From assembly GCA_963668095.1 (NCBI GenBank), contig OY764083.1:1521085-1585084 (forward strand): 64,000 nucleotides of DNA, written 5' to 3'. The translations under genes were made by a program, and so were the position numbers. The DNA comes from Acidobacteriota bacterium. GTDB lineage: Bacteria; Acidobacteriota; UBA6911; RPQK01; JAJDTT01. This document shows, piece after piece, positions 18,483-28,486 of the stretch. Every line of letters begins with the position of its first letter. Position 1 is the stretch's first letter. Under the pieces are notes generated by a model that was not told the DNA's origin, ran no database searches, and saw only the letters and a program-made list of their open reading frames with translations.

Positions 18483-18590
18483 GAGAAGGGGACAGTCACG
18501 TTCTCGGTAGAAGGGGACACGCGGAGCGCGCTCCAGAAAAGGGGACAGTCACGTTCTCGCCCGGTCACGCCCGGTCACGTTCTCGCGCGC
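18483..18590 (+). repeat. two copies of the GGGACAGTCACGTTCTC motif plus GGTCACGTTCTCGC half-sites
   Basis: The full motifs lie at 18483-18505 and 18536-18560, with direct repeats of cccggtcacg at 18561-18586. This sits immediately upstream of the octaheme cytochrome operon. Confidence 0.8.
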
Positions 18591-18623
18591 GCTCGAGTGG
18601 TAATATTTATTGAAGGGAAGCGA

Positions 18624-19946
18624 ATGTCAGGACACTTCGGTCGCGAATTTTTCGACTCCCGACGGTGGCTGCACCGCATCCGCTTTTTCCTTCCGTTGCC
18701 CGTGCTGGCCTTGGTTTCATGTGGCGGCGAGACTTCGAAACAGGTCGCCTCGGACTGCGTCGAGTGCCACCGCGACGTGACACCCGGCATCGTCACGGAC
18801 TGGGAGTTGAGCCGTCACCATGCCGAGGGAGTGGACTGTTCCCTCTGCCATGGCGCCGAGCATCGCACGGCGGAGGACGTGGCGCTGGTGAAGACCGCGA
18901 CCCCCGATGTCTGCGCCACCTGCCATCCGATTCAGACGGAGCAGTTCCAAGGGGGCAAGCACGCCCTGGCCTGGGCCAGCATGAACGCCATGCCCACGAC
19001 GCATTGGCTCCCCATGGCCATGACCGAAGGCATGAAGGGCTGCGGCGGCTGCCATCGCGTCGGGCTCAAGAGCGAGGAGGAGATCCGGCAGTTGAAGGCC
19101 GACGGCGTCATGTTCGGCCTGGCGTCGTGCGACACCTGCCACACGCGCCACCTCTTTTCCGTCAAGGAGGCTCGCGAACCCCAAGCCTGCCGGACCTGCC
19201 ACATGGGAATCGACCATCCCCAGTGGGAGATGTACTCCTCGTCCAAACACGGCGTCCGGCATCTGCTCAAGCAGACGGGGGTCCTGCCGGAACAGGCGGC
19301 GGCGCCCACCTGCCAGACGTGCCACATGCCCAAGGGAAATCATGAGGTGCGGACCGCATGGGGATTCCTGGCCGTGCGGCTGCCCATGCCGGAGGACCCG
19401 GAGTGGGCGGCCGATCGGGCCACGATTCTCCAGGCCCTCGGCGTCCTGGACCCGGACGGCAAACCGACGCCCCGGCTGGAGGTGGTCAAGCAAGCCGACG
19501 TCGCCCGGCTGACTCATGAGGAGTGGCAGCACGAGCGCGACCGCATGATTCAAATCTGCGAGCAGTGCCACTCGTCAAACCTGGTGAAAGCGGAGTTGAA
19601 AAAGGGCGATGAGATGATTCGGGAGACCGACCGGCTGCTGGCCGAGGCGATCCGCATCATCGCTTCCCTCTACCGCGACGGCATCTTGCGGAAACCGGAC
19701 CACTACTCTTACGACTTCCCGGATCTGCTGGCTTTCCACGATGCTCCGTCGACGATCGAGCAGCGCCTCTTCAAGATGCACCTGGAGCACCGGATGCGCG
19801 CATTCCAGGGCACGTTTCACAACAATCCGGACTACGCGCTCTGGTACGGTTGGAGCGAGATGCTGCAGGACCTGACCGAGATCAGGACGCTGGCGCAGGA
19901 GTTGCGCGACAAGCACCAGCCGCCGGTGCGGAGTTCCGCCCGGTGA
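18624..19946 (+). CDS. octaheme c-type cytochrome, hydroxylamine-oxidoreductase (HAO)/ONR-like family
   Basis: Eight CxxCH motifs (CVECH, CSLCH, CATCH, CGGCH, CDTCH, CRTCH, CQTCH, CEQCH) and a signal-anchor. The size of about 440 aa fits HAO-like proteins. Confidence 0.6.
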   Translation: MSGHFGREFFDSRRWLHRIRFFLPLPVLALVSCGGETSKQVASDCVECHRDVTPGIVTDWELSRHHAEGVDCSLCHGAEHRTAEDVALVKTATPDVCATCHPIQTEQFQGGKHALAWASMNAMPTTHWLPMAMTEGMKGCGGCHRVGLKSEEEIRQLKADGVMFGLASCDTCHTRHLFSVKEAREPQACRTCHMGIDHPQWEMYSSSKHGVRHLLKQTGVLPEQAAAPTCQTCHMPKGNHEVRTAWGFLAVRLPMPEDPEWAADRATILQALGVLDPDGKPTPRLEVVKQADVARLTHEEWQHERDRMIQICEQCHSSNLVKAELKKGDEMIRETDRLLAEAIRIIASLYRDGILRKPDHYSYDFPDLLAFHDAPSTIEQRLFKMHLEHRMRAFQGTFHNNPDYALWYGWSEMLQDLTEIRTLAQELRDKHQPPVRSSAR

Positions 19947-20560
19947 CGGGCGAAGTCATCATCCTCGGCGTCCTGGGGATCGCAACTCTTGCGGTGATCG
20001 GGGCGCTCGTCCGCCGGCCCGAGTGGACCAACGGAGTCAGGGGCAAGATTCTCGCGTTTCTTGCACTCCTGGCTCTACCGGGGCTCTTGTTCGTGGGCGG
20101 AGCCGGCCGGCACTACGACCAGGCCAAGACAACCAGCTTCTGTCTCTCCTGTCACGTCATTCAACCCTACGGAGAGAGCCTTCACATCGACCATCCGCGG
20201 TTCCTTCCCGCCGCCCACTACCAGAACAAACTCATCCCCGCCGACAAGGCCTGCTACACGTGTCATACGAGTTACACCATGTTCGGGGACGTGGACGACA
20301 AGATCCGCGGCGTACGGCACGTCTGGCACAGCGTGATGGACACCGCGTCCGATCCGGTGAAGCTCTATGCGCCGTATGAGAACCGGGCCTGCCTGGAATG
20401 CCACGAAGGAGCCAGGTCCTACGAGGAGAACACGGTTCACGCGCCGTTTCGGACCGAACTGATGGCCGGCACGAAATCGTGTCTCATGTGCCACAACCTG
20501 ATTCACGAGGTCACGAAACTGGACCGGTTCGACCGCTGGGATCCGGAGGCGGCGCCATGA
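19943..20560 (+). CDS. NapC/NirT/NrfH-family tetraheme cytochrome c (membrane quinol dehydrogenase, cM552-like)
   Basis: An N-terminal TM helix with four CxxCH motifs (CLSCH, CYTCH, CLECH, CLMCH). The GTG start overlaps the stop of the upstream hao-like gene. Confidence 0.7.
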   Translation: MTGEVIILGVLGIATLAVIGALVRRPEWTNGVRGKILAFLALLALPGLLFVGGAGRHYDQAKTTSFCLSCHVIQPYGESLHIDHPRFLPAAHYQNKLIPADKACYTCHTSYTMFGDVDDKIRGVRHVWHSVMDTASDPVKLYAPYENRACLECHEGARSYEENTVHAPFRTELMAGTKSCLMCHNLIHEVTKLDRFDRWDPEAAP

Positions 20561-20769
20561 GTTGGATTCGATCGCTGGGCTTGCGAACCGGATTCGCCGG
20601 CCGCCTTCAACTCGCCGGACTGCTGATCGCGGCCGGGATCGTAGTGGAGTTGGGCACGCTGTTCTGGAACCACCCGATCTCCCTGTTCCTGTTCCTGACC
20701 TTGGGAGCGGGTCTGGTGGGAGCGGGCATGCTTCTCTACCTGTGGTCTGTCGTCACCCGGAGCGAGTGA
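20557..20769 (+). CDS. small membrane protein (2 TM), hypothetical
   Basis: 70 aa. An ATGA overlap links it to the NrfH-like gene, and it has two hydrophobic helices. Confidence 0.4.
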   Translation: MSWIRSLGLRTGFAGRLQLAGLLIAAGIVVELGTLFWNHPISLFLFLTLGAGLVGAGMLLYLWSVVTRSE

Positions 20770-20805
20770 CGCCCTTCGGAGCCGGACGAGTCCGGGAGAA
20801 AGGGA

Positions 20806-20828
20806 CAGTCACTTTCTCTGGAGGGGCG
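20806..20828 (+). repeat. GAGAAAGGGACAGTCACTTTCTC motif copy
   Basis: A perfect 7-bp inverted repeat flanks the GGGACAGTCA core. A gggcg...cgccc hairpin follows at about 20833-20851. Confidence 0.8.
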
Positions 20829-20889
20829 TCTTTCAGGCGCCCTCTTTCGCACCAACCATGCCCCATGGCCAGGGACTGCAGGTTGCGAG

Positions 20890-20912
20890 AGCGGGGGTAG
20901 GAAAACCCCCGC
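20890..20912. repeat. conserved GC hairpin (identical to 10659-10681)
   Basis: 23/23 nt identical to the other copy. Confidence 0.7.
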
Positions 20913-21032
20913 TCCTCCTGGAACACCCCTGTTCCTCTCACGCTCTCGCCAGCCTATGGCCGGTGGGAGATCTCCTACCTTTCTCGATCCCTCATATTCC
21001 CTCCAATTCCTGATAAAGTACTTCGAATCCTG

Positions 21033-23723
21033 ATGAAAGTTCCTTTATGGCTGGTGGCCGGCGGACTTTTGTTCTCGATGGTCGCGGCGGCGCCGCCGGC
21101 CGCCGCGCAGTCCGGACAGATCGCGGGCGTGGTCGCCGACGCCACCGGCGGGGTGCTGCCCGGGGCGAGCGTCACGCTGACGGGCGGGCCGGATCGGCGT
21201 CTCCAGACGCAGACGGACGATAGCGGCCGTTTCACCTTCACGGGCCTCGATCCCGGCACCTACACGGTCACCGTCTCCCTCGGCGGCTTCGATGCCGAGT
21301 CGGTAGACGTTGCCGTCCGAACCGAACCGGTAGAGCTGCCGGTCATCACCCTGCAGCTTGCCGCCCTTGACGATGAGTTGGTCGTAACGGCGACCCGCAT
21401 GGAGGAGCCGCTGAGCATCTCGGTGGCGACCGGCGCGGATATCGAGCGGCAGCGAATAGGCAACCTGACGGAGCTGGCACGCTGGATGCCCGGCCTGACG
21501 GTGGTCGACCAGGGCGCGCGCGGCAGCAACGTCGTCATCGCACGCGGCCTGCACACGGACGCGCTGACCGGCTCCGAGCAGGCCGGCAACAACTACAACA
21601 ACGGCGTCGCCACCTACCTCGGCGACATCCCGCTGGCGGTGGACCTCCGGCTGCACGATATCGAGCGGGTGGAGGTCCTGCTCGGGCCGCAGGGGACGTT
21701 GTACGGCGCCGGCACGCTGGCGGGCGCCGTGCGCTACCTGCCGCGCCGCCCCGACACCGAGCGGCGCACGTTCGAGCTGCGCGGCGACGGGTTCGCGCTG
21801 GCGCACAGCAGCTCATTCGGCTCGGATGCCGGCTTCACCTTCAACCTGCCGATCATGACCGGGAAGCTTGCGCTGCGCGGCTCCGTCGACCGTTACACCA
21901 ATCCCGGATTCATCGACTATGACTATCTGCTGCGGACGCCCGGCGTCTCCGAGCCGGAGCCGGACCTGGCGGACCCCACCGCGGCGGCGGCCAATTTGCG
22001 GAGCGAGCCCAACGCCAACACCGAGGAGACGGTCTCGGCGCGGTTCTCGCTGCTGTGGCAGGCGACTCCGGAGTTATCGGCGCTGTTCGCCTATCACCTC
22101 CAGGATCAGCAGGTCGGAGCACGGCAGATCAATCATGCCCGGTCGTTCGACACCGGCCGCTACGTGGCGGCGCACCGATACCTGGAGCCCAGCGACCGCA
22201 GGAACCAGTTGTGGAGCCTGGAGCTGAGTTGGGCGCCGGGACCGGCGGAGCTGACCACCGCCGTGGGCTACTCCCGTTACTCCCAGCAGGGACAGCGCGA
22301 CCAGACCGACCTGTTGATCCAGGCGTTCGGCATCGCGGGGCTACTGCCGGGCGAGTTTCCGGCGCTGACTGAGGCGCGGGCCATCGATCCGGGCGTCTCT
22401 GCCACCGACCTGACGGCGCAGTTTCGCTCCTTCTCCGCTTATACCCGCGAGGATTCCCGGGAGAAGCGCCTCAACTGGGAGACGCGCTTGGTCTCGACCG
22501 GGGAGGGGCCGTGGCGTTGGGTCGGCGGCGTCTTCTTCAACCACTACGACAGCAACGGCACCAGCTTCGAATTCGCTCCCGGCCTCACGGAATTCTCCGG
22601 CGTCACGCCTGTCGTGGAGGGCAGCCCCGTGTCCGATCCGGTCGAGTACTACTCCCTCGGGAGTAGCGCAGTGGAGGAGCGGGCGCTGTTCGGTGAGATC
22701 TCGCGCGACCTTGGCGACCATTGGCGCGTGGCAGTCGGCGGCCGCTGGTTCGGGTACCGCATCGACACCGGCAGCGCGACCGAGTTCCCGTACACGCCCC
22801 TGTACAACTCGCCGTTCACCGCCTTCGATTCCCGCGACCGTGGCAAATTGTTCAAGGCCAGCGTCAGTTACCGGTTCGACGACCAGACAAACGCCTATTT
22901 CACCCGATCCGAGGGGTACCGCATCGGCGGCGGCAACAATTTCCGGGTCTGCACCGACGAGGAGATCACCCTGCTCACCGACGCGGATCCCGGGAACGAT
23001 CCACCGCAGTCCGGTTGCATCTACGAGGATCAGGCGCTGATCCGGCCGGACACGACAACCAACTACGAAGTGGGGCTGCGCCACTCGGATCGCGACGGCC
23101 GGTTCAGCGCCGGCGGCACACTGTTTCACGTCGACTGGAAGGATATCCAGGTGGCGGGTTTGACACCCTTCAGCGCGCAGCCGATCACGCTGAACGGCGG
23201 CGGAGCGGTCAGCCGCGGTGTCGAACTCACGGCGGCCGCCGACCCGACGACGGCGTTCCGCCTCCGCGGATCGTGGTCATTTGCACACGCCCAACTGAGC
23301 AAGGACTCCCCCGGGCTCCTCGAAGGGGGCGCCGACGCGTTCAAGGGAGACCGCCTCTCGGGCGCGCCGCGCCAGCAGGGCAGCCTGTTGGCCTCCTACA
23401 ACTGGCTCGTCGGCCGCAGCGTGGTCGAGCTGCTGTATGGCTACACGTATACCGGCGACGTGCTCACGCGCATCGGATTGCGCGCCGGCGGCGAGACCCT
23501 GCCGGCCTACGATCTCCACAACCTGTCGGCGTCGATCTCGAAGGACGACTGGACGCTGGAGTTCTACGCGAACAACCTGCTGGACGAGTACGCCGTCACC
23601 GGCGTGCGCCAGACACCGGCCTTCATCGGTGTGACCGACGAAGGCTTCCGGTCGCGGCGCTACTTCGCCAACGTGCTCACCCCGCGGCGGATCGGCGTCC
23701 GCCTCCGCTTTGCTTTTCGCTAG
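21033..23723 (+). CDS. TonB-dependent outer-membrane receptor with N-terminal CarboxypepD_reg-like domain
   Basis: A signal peptide, then GQIAGVVADATGGVLPGASVTLTG...DDSGRFTFTGLDPGTYTV, a plug domain and a 22-strand barrel over 896 aa. Confidence 0.85.
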   Translation: MKVPLWLVAGGLLFSMVAAAPPAAAQSGQIAGVVADATGGVLPGASVTLTGGPDRRLQTQTDDSGRFTFTGLDPGTYTVTVSLGGFDAESVDVAVRTEPVELPVITLQLAALDDELVVTATRMEEPLSISVATGADIERQRIGNLTELARWMPGLTVVDQGARGSNVVIARGLHTDALTGSEQAGNNYNNGVATYLGDIPLAVDLRLHDIERVEVLLGPQGTLYGAGTLAGAVRYLPRRPDTERRTFELRGDGFALAHSSSFGSDAGFTFNLPIMTGKLALRGSVDRYTNPGFIDYDYLLRTPGVSEPEPDLADPTAAAANLRSEPNANTEETVSARFSLLWQATPELSALFAYHLQDQQVGARQINHARSFDTGRYVAAHRYLEPSDRRNQLWSLELSWAPGPAELTTAVGYSRYSQQGQRDQTDLLIQAFGIAGLLPGEFPALTEARAIDPGVSATDLTAQFRSFSAYTREDSREKRLNWETRLVSTGEGPWRWVGGVFFNHYDSNGTSFEFAPGLTEFSGVTPVVEGSPVSDPVEYYSLGSSAVEERALFGEISRDLGDHWRVAVGGRWFGYRIDTGSATEFPYTPLYNSPFTAFDSRDRGKLFKASVSYRFDDQTNAYFTRSEGYRIGGGNNFRVCTDEEITLLTDADPGNDPPQSGCIYEDQALIRPDTTTNYEVGLRHSDRDGRFSAGGTLFHVDWKDIQVAGLTPFSAQPITLNGGGAVSRGVELTAAADPTTAFRLRGSWSFAHAQLSKDSPGLLEGGADAFKGDRLSGAPRQQGSLLASYNWLVGRSVVELLYGYTYTGDVLTRIGLRAGGETLPAYDLHNLSASISKDDWTLEFYANNLLDEYAVTGVRQTPAFIGVTDEGFRSRRYFANVLTPRRIGVRLRFAFR

Positions 23724-23745
23724 GTGGGGGAAGGACGGAACCGGT

Positions 23746-24744
23746 TCAGTCGCTTACTCGGACGGTCCTGCCGCTCCGCCGTGATTCTTCGGCAGCGTCG
23801 GCAACTCGGAGGGCGCGCCTCCCGTCATCGAAGCCGGGGGAAGGCTTGACGCCTCGCTCCACGGAATCCACGAAGGCATCGATCTCCCGCGTGAACGCTT
23901 CCTCGTACCGCTCGATGAAGAAGGGGTGCAGCCGGTCGCGGGCGGCGGTCCCAGATTCGGTGTAACGTTCGATGCTGGTCCGAGTCGGATTGGCGGAAAC
24001 CAGCATGCCGCGTTCTCCGAACAGCTCGATTCGCTGGTCGTAACCGAAGGAGCAATGGCGCGAGCAGTTGACGTGGCAGAGAGCGCCGGAGGCCATCCGT
24101 ATCACCACCATGGCGCTGTCCACATCGCCGAGTTTCCCGGCACGGGCATCGAACAGGACACTGCCCATGGCCGTGACCTCTGCGGGCTCTTCGTCGAACA
24201 GGAAGCGGGCCATGTCGAAGTCGTGGACCATCATGTCCCGGAATATTCCCCCGGAACCCTGAAGAAAGCGCAGGGGCGGGGGGAACGGATCCCGGCTGCT
24301 GATGACGGCCTGCTCGAGGTTGCCGATCTCGCCGTTTCGGGCAGCCCGGCGCAGCGCGCTGTGGCCGGGGTCGAAACGCCGGTTGAATCCGATCTGAAAC
24401 GGCACACCGGTCTCCGCGAGAACCGCCCCGCAGGCGTCGGCTCGTGCCATGTCCAGGTGGATCGGTTTTTCGCAGAACACCGCCTTGCCGATGCGCGCCG
24501 CGCCTTCGATCAGATCGCAATGGGTGCTCGTAGAGGAGGAGATGCAAACGGCATCGATGGCGGGATCACCGAGCAGAGCATCTACGGAATCGACGGAAAC
24601 CGATCCGGTTTCAGTTGCGGCCGAGGCGGAGGCGTCAGCATCGACGTCGTAGATCCCTGCGAGTTCCACACGGTTGTTTGCCGCGAGGATTCTTGCGCGC
24701 ATCCGGCCGATCCTGCCGACTCCGAACAGTCCGATCCTGAGCAT
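23746..24744 (-). CDS. Gfo/Idh/MocA family oxidoreductase (inositol 2-dehydrogenase-like)
   Basis: GLFGVGRIG, EKPI and GFNRRF motifs. Confidence 0.85.
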   Translation of the reverse strand: MLRIGLFGVGRIGRMRARILAANNRVELAGIYDVDADASASAATETGSVSVDSVDALLGDPAIDAVCISSSTSTHCDLIEGAARIGKAVFCEKPIHLDMARADACGAVLAETGVPFQIGFNRRFDPGHSALRRAARNGEIGNLEQAVISSRDPFPPPLRFLQGSGGIFRDMMVHDFDMARFLFDEEPAEVTAMGSVLFDARAGKLGDVDSAMVVIRMASGALCHVNCSRHCSFGYDQRIELFGERGMLVSANPTRTSIERYTESGTAARDRLHPFFIERYEEAFTREIDAFVDSVERGVKPSPGFDDGRRALRVADAAEESRRSGRTVRVSD

Positions 24745-25106
24745 GGAATTCTCCTTGGTAACGCGACGAAGGGGCGGACGCTGAAGCTGACGCCCCGCTC
24801 AACCCGGCGCTCCGAGTATACAAGCGGGTAGTTGGTTGCGTCGTTTCCAAAAGGAGCGGCGTCATTCTTGGCGCCGTTCTTACGGCCTCGCATTCAAGAA
24901 AAACCGCGCGGCCACATCGTCTCTGCCGGCCGATGTTCGTCCTCACCTCCAGCGCGAAAAAGAGGGAATGGACCGGCCTTCCTTCGAAGTGAAGAACCGA
25001 GACGTCCAGCCGCCGAGCTTCGAACTCCCCCAACGCTCGTAGGAGGGCGCCAAGAATGACGCCCCTCCGCTGATCACTAACTCAGCGACCTGGTCAGAAA
25101 TTCGGC

Positions 25107-27443
25107 CTAAAAACTCATTTGGAGTCCGACGCGCGCGGTTCGCGGGATGGAGGGATGGGTGTGCACGTCGTCCACACCCGCTAACGGTTCCCCCGGGAGA
25201 CGCGACGTATAGAAGTAGTCGATGTCCGACACCGGGGAGTTCAGAAGGTTGAACACCTCGAACAAGATGGTGACGCGGCGGTTGAAGCGGATGCCGAGCC
25301 GGCCGTTCCAAACGGTCGTGGAATCGGACCTGGCGGAGTTGTCCTCGATCAAGGGCCGTGGTCCGAAATGGCGCACCCGGACGCTGCCGAACAATCGCTT
25401 CACCGGTTCGAACGTGAGGGCGCCGGAGAAAACGCGGTTGAGCGAACCGGGAATCCGCGATCCTGAGGGGTCGCGGTCCGAAAACCGCGCGGAGGTGAAC
25501 GCGAGGTCGGCCTCGGCGGTCATCCAGGGTGTGAGACGCATGTAGTTCGCCCACTCGATGCCGTAGCGGTAGCTTGGACGGCTGGCGGCCGTCACGCCCG
25601 CATCGCCCAGGAAGAGCAGCTCGGAATCGAAGTCCAGGTACCAGAGGGCCACCGTGGAATGCAGTCCCCGCGGCCTCACCGTCCGCACGCCGACTTCCCC
25701 GCCCCGCGCCTTGACCAGCGGACGGAAGCTCTCGGCCGGCTCGCCCGTGCGCGGGTCGATCCGGACGGTCGCGCCGCGCACGTCGTTGCTGTGGAAACCC
25801 TCGCCCCAGTTGGCATAGAACTCGGTCTGCCGCCACGGTCCCAGGATCGCCGTCAGCTTGGGGCTGACGATGGAATCCGCACCGGCGCCGGAGTTCACCG
25901 GATCTCTGGCGTCGACGGCGAAACGATAGATGTCGCCGCGAAGCCCGATGGAGGTCCGGAAGAACGAAGTCCAATCGAGCACACTCTCGCCGAATACGCC
26001 CAGCGACGTCTGGCGCAGCGCGTCCTCGCGCACCGTATTGGTGCGCCGCTGCCGAACCGTGTCATACAGACCGAGGACATTGGCGTCGTCGTGGCGCAAC
26101 TGGGTGCCGGCCTTCCATTCCAGGGGCCGTCCGAGAAACTGCCGCAGGCGCCGGTGGGTGAGCTTGGCACCGGTCGAGGTGCGGCGGTCCACTTGCTCGA
26201 ACTGATCCCCGTCGGCCGGATTGGCCAGAAAATAGGTGAAGTTCTGGATCAGGTTCAAGCCGTAACGCATGCCGAAGGCGGTGATCCGGGTCGAAGCCTC
26301 CCCGTTCGAGCGAAGGCTATCGGCGACGAGGCCGTGCCGGTAGGTTCGTCCGCCGCCGGTGGGATCGATTCCAGCGAACCGGTCGATCCGGCCCGATTCG
26401 ATGGCCCGCACCGGCACCTGGTCCGTTGCGTGCCAATTCGCCGCATAGCTCAGGCCGGTGATGGAGAAGCCGTTCTGCGTGTCTCCCCGGCTGTAGCGCA
26501 GAACGCCATTCACCTTGCGCAGCTCGTCGGGGTCGACCCAGGGACCGTCGTTTTTGCCCACCTCCACGCCGACGAGCAGGTTGCCGTCGCCCAGGCGCGG
26601 TGACGCGGCGCTGAAGAAGCGGCTCCAACCCTGGCCACCGACGCTGATGCTGGTCACCGGCTGCTCCAGCACGCTCAGGTAGCTGACGTTGGCCGAGCCG
26701 GCGGCGGAAAAGTCGCCGTCTTCGGCGAAGTACGGCCCCTTCTTGAACTGGATGCCGCTGACCAGCTCGGGAATGATCACGTTGGAGTCCGAGTAGCCGG
26801 AGGCGTGGGCGCCGGACGGCATGTTCAGGGGCATTCCGGCGACGGTGGTGGCGAAATCGGTTCCGTGATCCAGGTTGAAGCCACGCAGGTAGTACTGGTT
26901 GGCCTTCCCCTCGCCGCTGTGCTGGCTGATGACGAGGCCCGGAACCGTCTCCAGCACTTCGCCCGGGCGCATGACAGGCCGCGCCTGAAGTTGGGTCGCG
27001 GTGATGGCGCCGACGCTGGCGGCGGAGGCGATCCCGACCAGGTTCTCCGCCGGCTCCGGAAGGTCGGCGATGTTCCGCAATGTGGGCCGGGCGGTCACCA
27101 GGACGTCGGCGGTCAGGGAGAGCACCAGGACGAGATCCACCGTCAGGACCTCACCCGGGGCCACGGTCACCTCACGGCGGGCGCCGGCGAAGTTGATCCG
27201 CCGGAAAGTCAGCGTGGCCGGTCCCGTGGGAACCCCCTCGATGCGCCACTTCCCCGCGCCATCGGCGACGGAGGCGAGCTCGGCGCCGTCGGCCTCGAGG
27301 TTGACGAAGACTCCGGGAAGGACGCCCCCGGTCTCGTCGACGACGGTTCCGGTGAGGGTTCCGGTGGTTTCGGCGGCGGCGAAACCGGCACACGCCAGGA
27401 AAAGGAAGGCTGCAAGGGAGGAGGTTCTACGGAAGAGGACCAT
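25107..27443 (-). CDS. TonB-dependent receptor with CarboxypepD_reg-like N-domain
   Basis: A signal peptide, then TGTLTGTVVDETGGVLPGVFVNL, a plug and a beta-barrel. The protein ends in the aromatic terminal residue (...LQMSF). Confidence 0.85.
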   Translation of the reverse strand: MVLFRRTSSLAAFLFLACAGFAAAETTGTLTGTVVDETGGVLPGVFVNLEADGAELASVADGAGKWRIEGVPTGPATLTFRRINFAGARREVTVAPGEVLTVDLVLVLSLTADVLVTARPTLRNIADLPEPAENLVGIASAASVGAITATQLQARPVMRPGEVLETVPGLVISQHSGEGKANQYYLRGFNLDHGTDFATTVAGMPLNMPSGAHASGYSDSNVIIPELVSGIQFKKGPYFAEDGDFSAAGSANVSYLSVLEQPVTSISVGGQGWSRFFSAASPRLGDGNLLVGVEVGKNDGPWVDPDELRKVNGVLRYSRGDTQNGFSITGLSYAANWHATDQVPVRAIESGRIDRFAGIDPTGGGRTYRHGLVADSLRSNGEASTRITAFGMRYGLNLIQNFTYFLANPADGDQFEQVDRRTSTGAKLTHRRLRQFLGRPLEWKAGTQLRHDDANVLGLYDTVRQRRTNTVREDALRQTSLGVFGESVLDWTSFFRTSIGLRGDIYRFAVDARDPVNSGAGADSIVSPKLTAILGPWRQTEFYANWGEGFHSNDVRGATVRIDPRTGEPAESFRPLVKARGGEVGVRTVRPRGLHSTVALWYLDFDSELLFLGDAGVTAASRPSYRYGIEWANYMRLTPWMTAEADLAFTSARFSDRDPSGSRIPGSLNRVFSGALTFEPVKRLFGSVRVRHFGPRPLIEDNSARSDSTTVWNGRLGIRFNRRVTILFEVFNLLNSPVSDIDYFYTSRLPGEPLAGVDDVHTHPSIPRTARVGLQMSF

Positions 27444-27589
27444 AATCTCCAGTACGGCAAATTCACTGCGGGACCTGCGTCGTCCTTGGTCTGCGACCGG
27501 ACAGGAACTCGGGCGGGGTCCCGCCAGATTCGGCGAACGTGACCGGGAGGATTATACCGTCCTTTACTCCGCGCCGTCCCTTTTTCCGC

Positions 27590-28240
27590 GCTATGAATTC
27601 CGTCGAAGAGTGGTGCGCCAGTGACGACTGCCGCCTGCGCTATGGAAGCCGCCGGCGAATGAGAGGTTGCGCGAGTGTCAGGAGAGCCCAACGACGGCTC
27701 GGGAGAAACTACTTCCGGGCCAGCTCCCACGACTTCCGCGTGAATGTGATGTAACGCACGGGCGTCTTGCAAGTCTTGCAGATTGCTCCGCGTTTCCTGA
27801 CGTCGCGCTTGATGGCCCAGCCGCACGTGACGCACCGCGCGATATAGCGGGGCGGAGCAAATTCCACCGTGTGGCAGCGGTCGCCGGTGCATCCGACCGA
27901 ACGCGCGACCGCCTTCCAGGCGGCGTCATGATTGTGCTTGGGGCCGACCAGAGCGTGCGCGATCTCGTGGAGAATCGTGTCCCTGACCTGCGGGCCGGTG
28001 GCGTGCAGGCAATAGAGGCGGGAGAGCCCGATGACCTTGAGTCCGAAATCGCAGACTCCCGCCCGCTTGGAGGCATCCTCGAACTGAAAGCTCCATCCCG
28101 TGAGTCCGTGCCGGCTTATCAGCCGCTCCGCCTCCGCCGCAACTTCGGCCAGTTTCCTGCCATCGTCGCGATCAGGATTCCGGCCGGCTCGTGTCAGCAG
28201 ACCATAAGGAACGTATTAGCTTCCGTTTTCCGTGGCGACC
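27590..28240. repeat. ~650-bp segmental duplicate of 29293-29943 (3' end of EEP gene + 3' two-thirds of SprT-like gene)
   Basis: Over 95% identity at a 1703-bp offset. The SprT-like copy here has a TAA stop where the full copy reads ATEHGSYY, so this copy is a fragment. Confidence 0.85.
27709..28230 (-). pseudogene. SprT-like metalloprotease, N-terminally truncated duplicate
   Basis: It keeps the HEIAH and zinc-ribbon C-terminal portion but loses the N-terminus after an in-frame stop. Confidence 0.6.
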
Positions 28241-28262
28241 AGGGCGCACGCACCGGACGGGG

Positions 28263-28285
28263 GAAGTAGACTGTCCCTTTCTCGC
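28263..28285 (-). repeat. GGGACAGTC motif copy (reverse orientation) at the duplication junction
   Basis: The reverse complement reads gcgagaaagggacagtctacttc. Confidence 0.75.
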
Positions 28286-28486
28286 TGGAGGCTACAACGT
28301 CAACCTTTTGGTGGATTCAGCGCCGGGTGCTCAGACGCGTCAGGAGGCGGCTGCGTAGCTGATATCCAGAAAGATCTGGCGGACCACGACCGGATCCTGG
28401 TCGCGAGAGAAGTAGCCCTTGGACTTCCGCGTAGGGCTCGAAATGACCTTACGACGATACGAGCGAAATTTCCTTGAGAGGTAGAA

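Noticed and set aside
24943-25974. 343-aa minus-strand ORF overlapping the 5' part of the TonB receptor gene
   Set aside because: It is out of frame with and overlaps a gene carrying a clear TonB-dependent receptor signature. Its composition is Arg/Pro-rich and artefactual.
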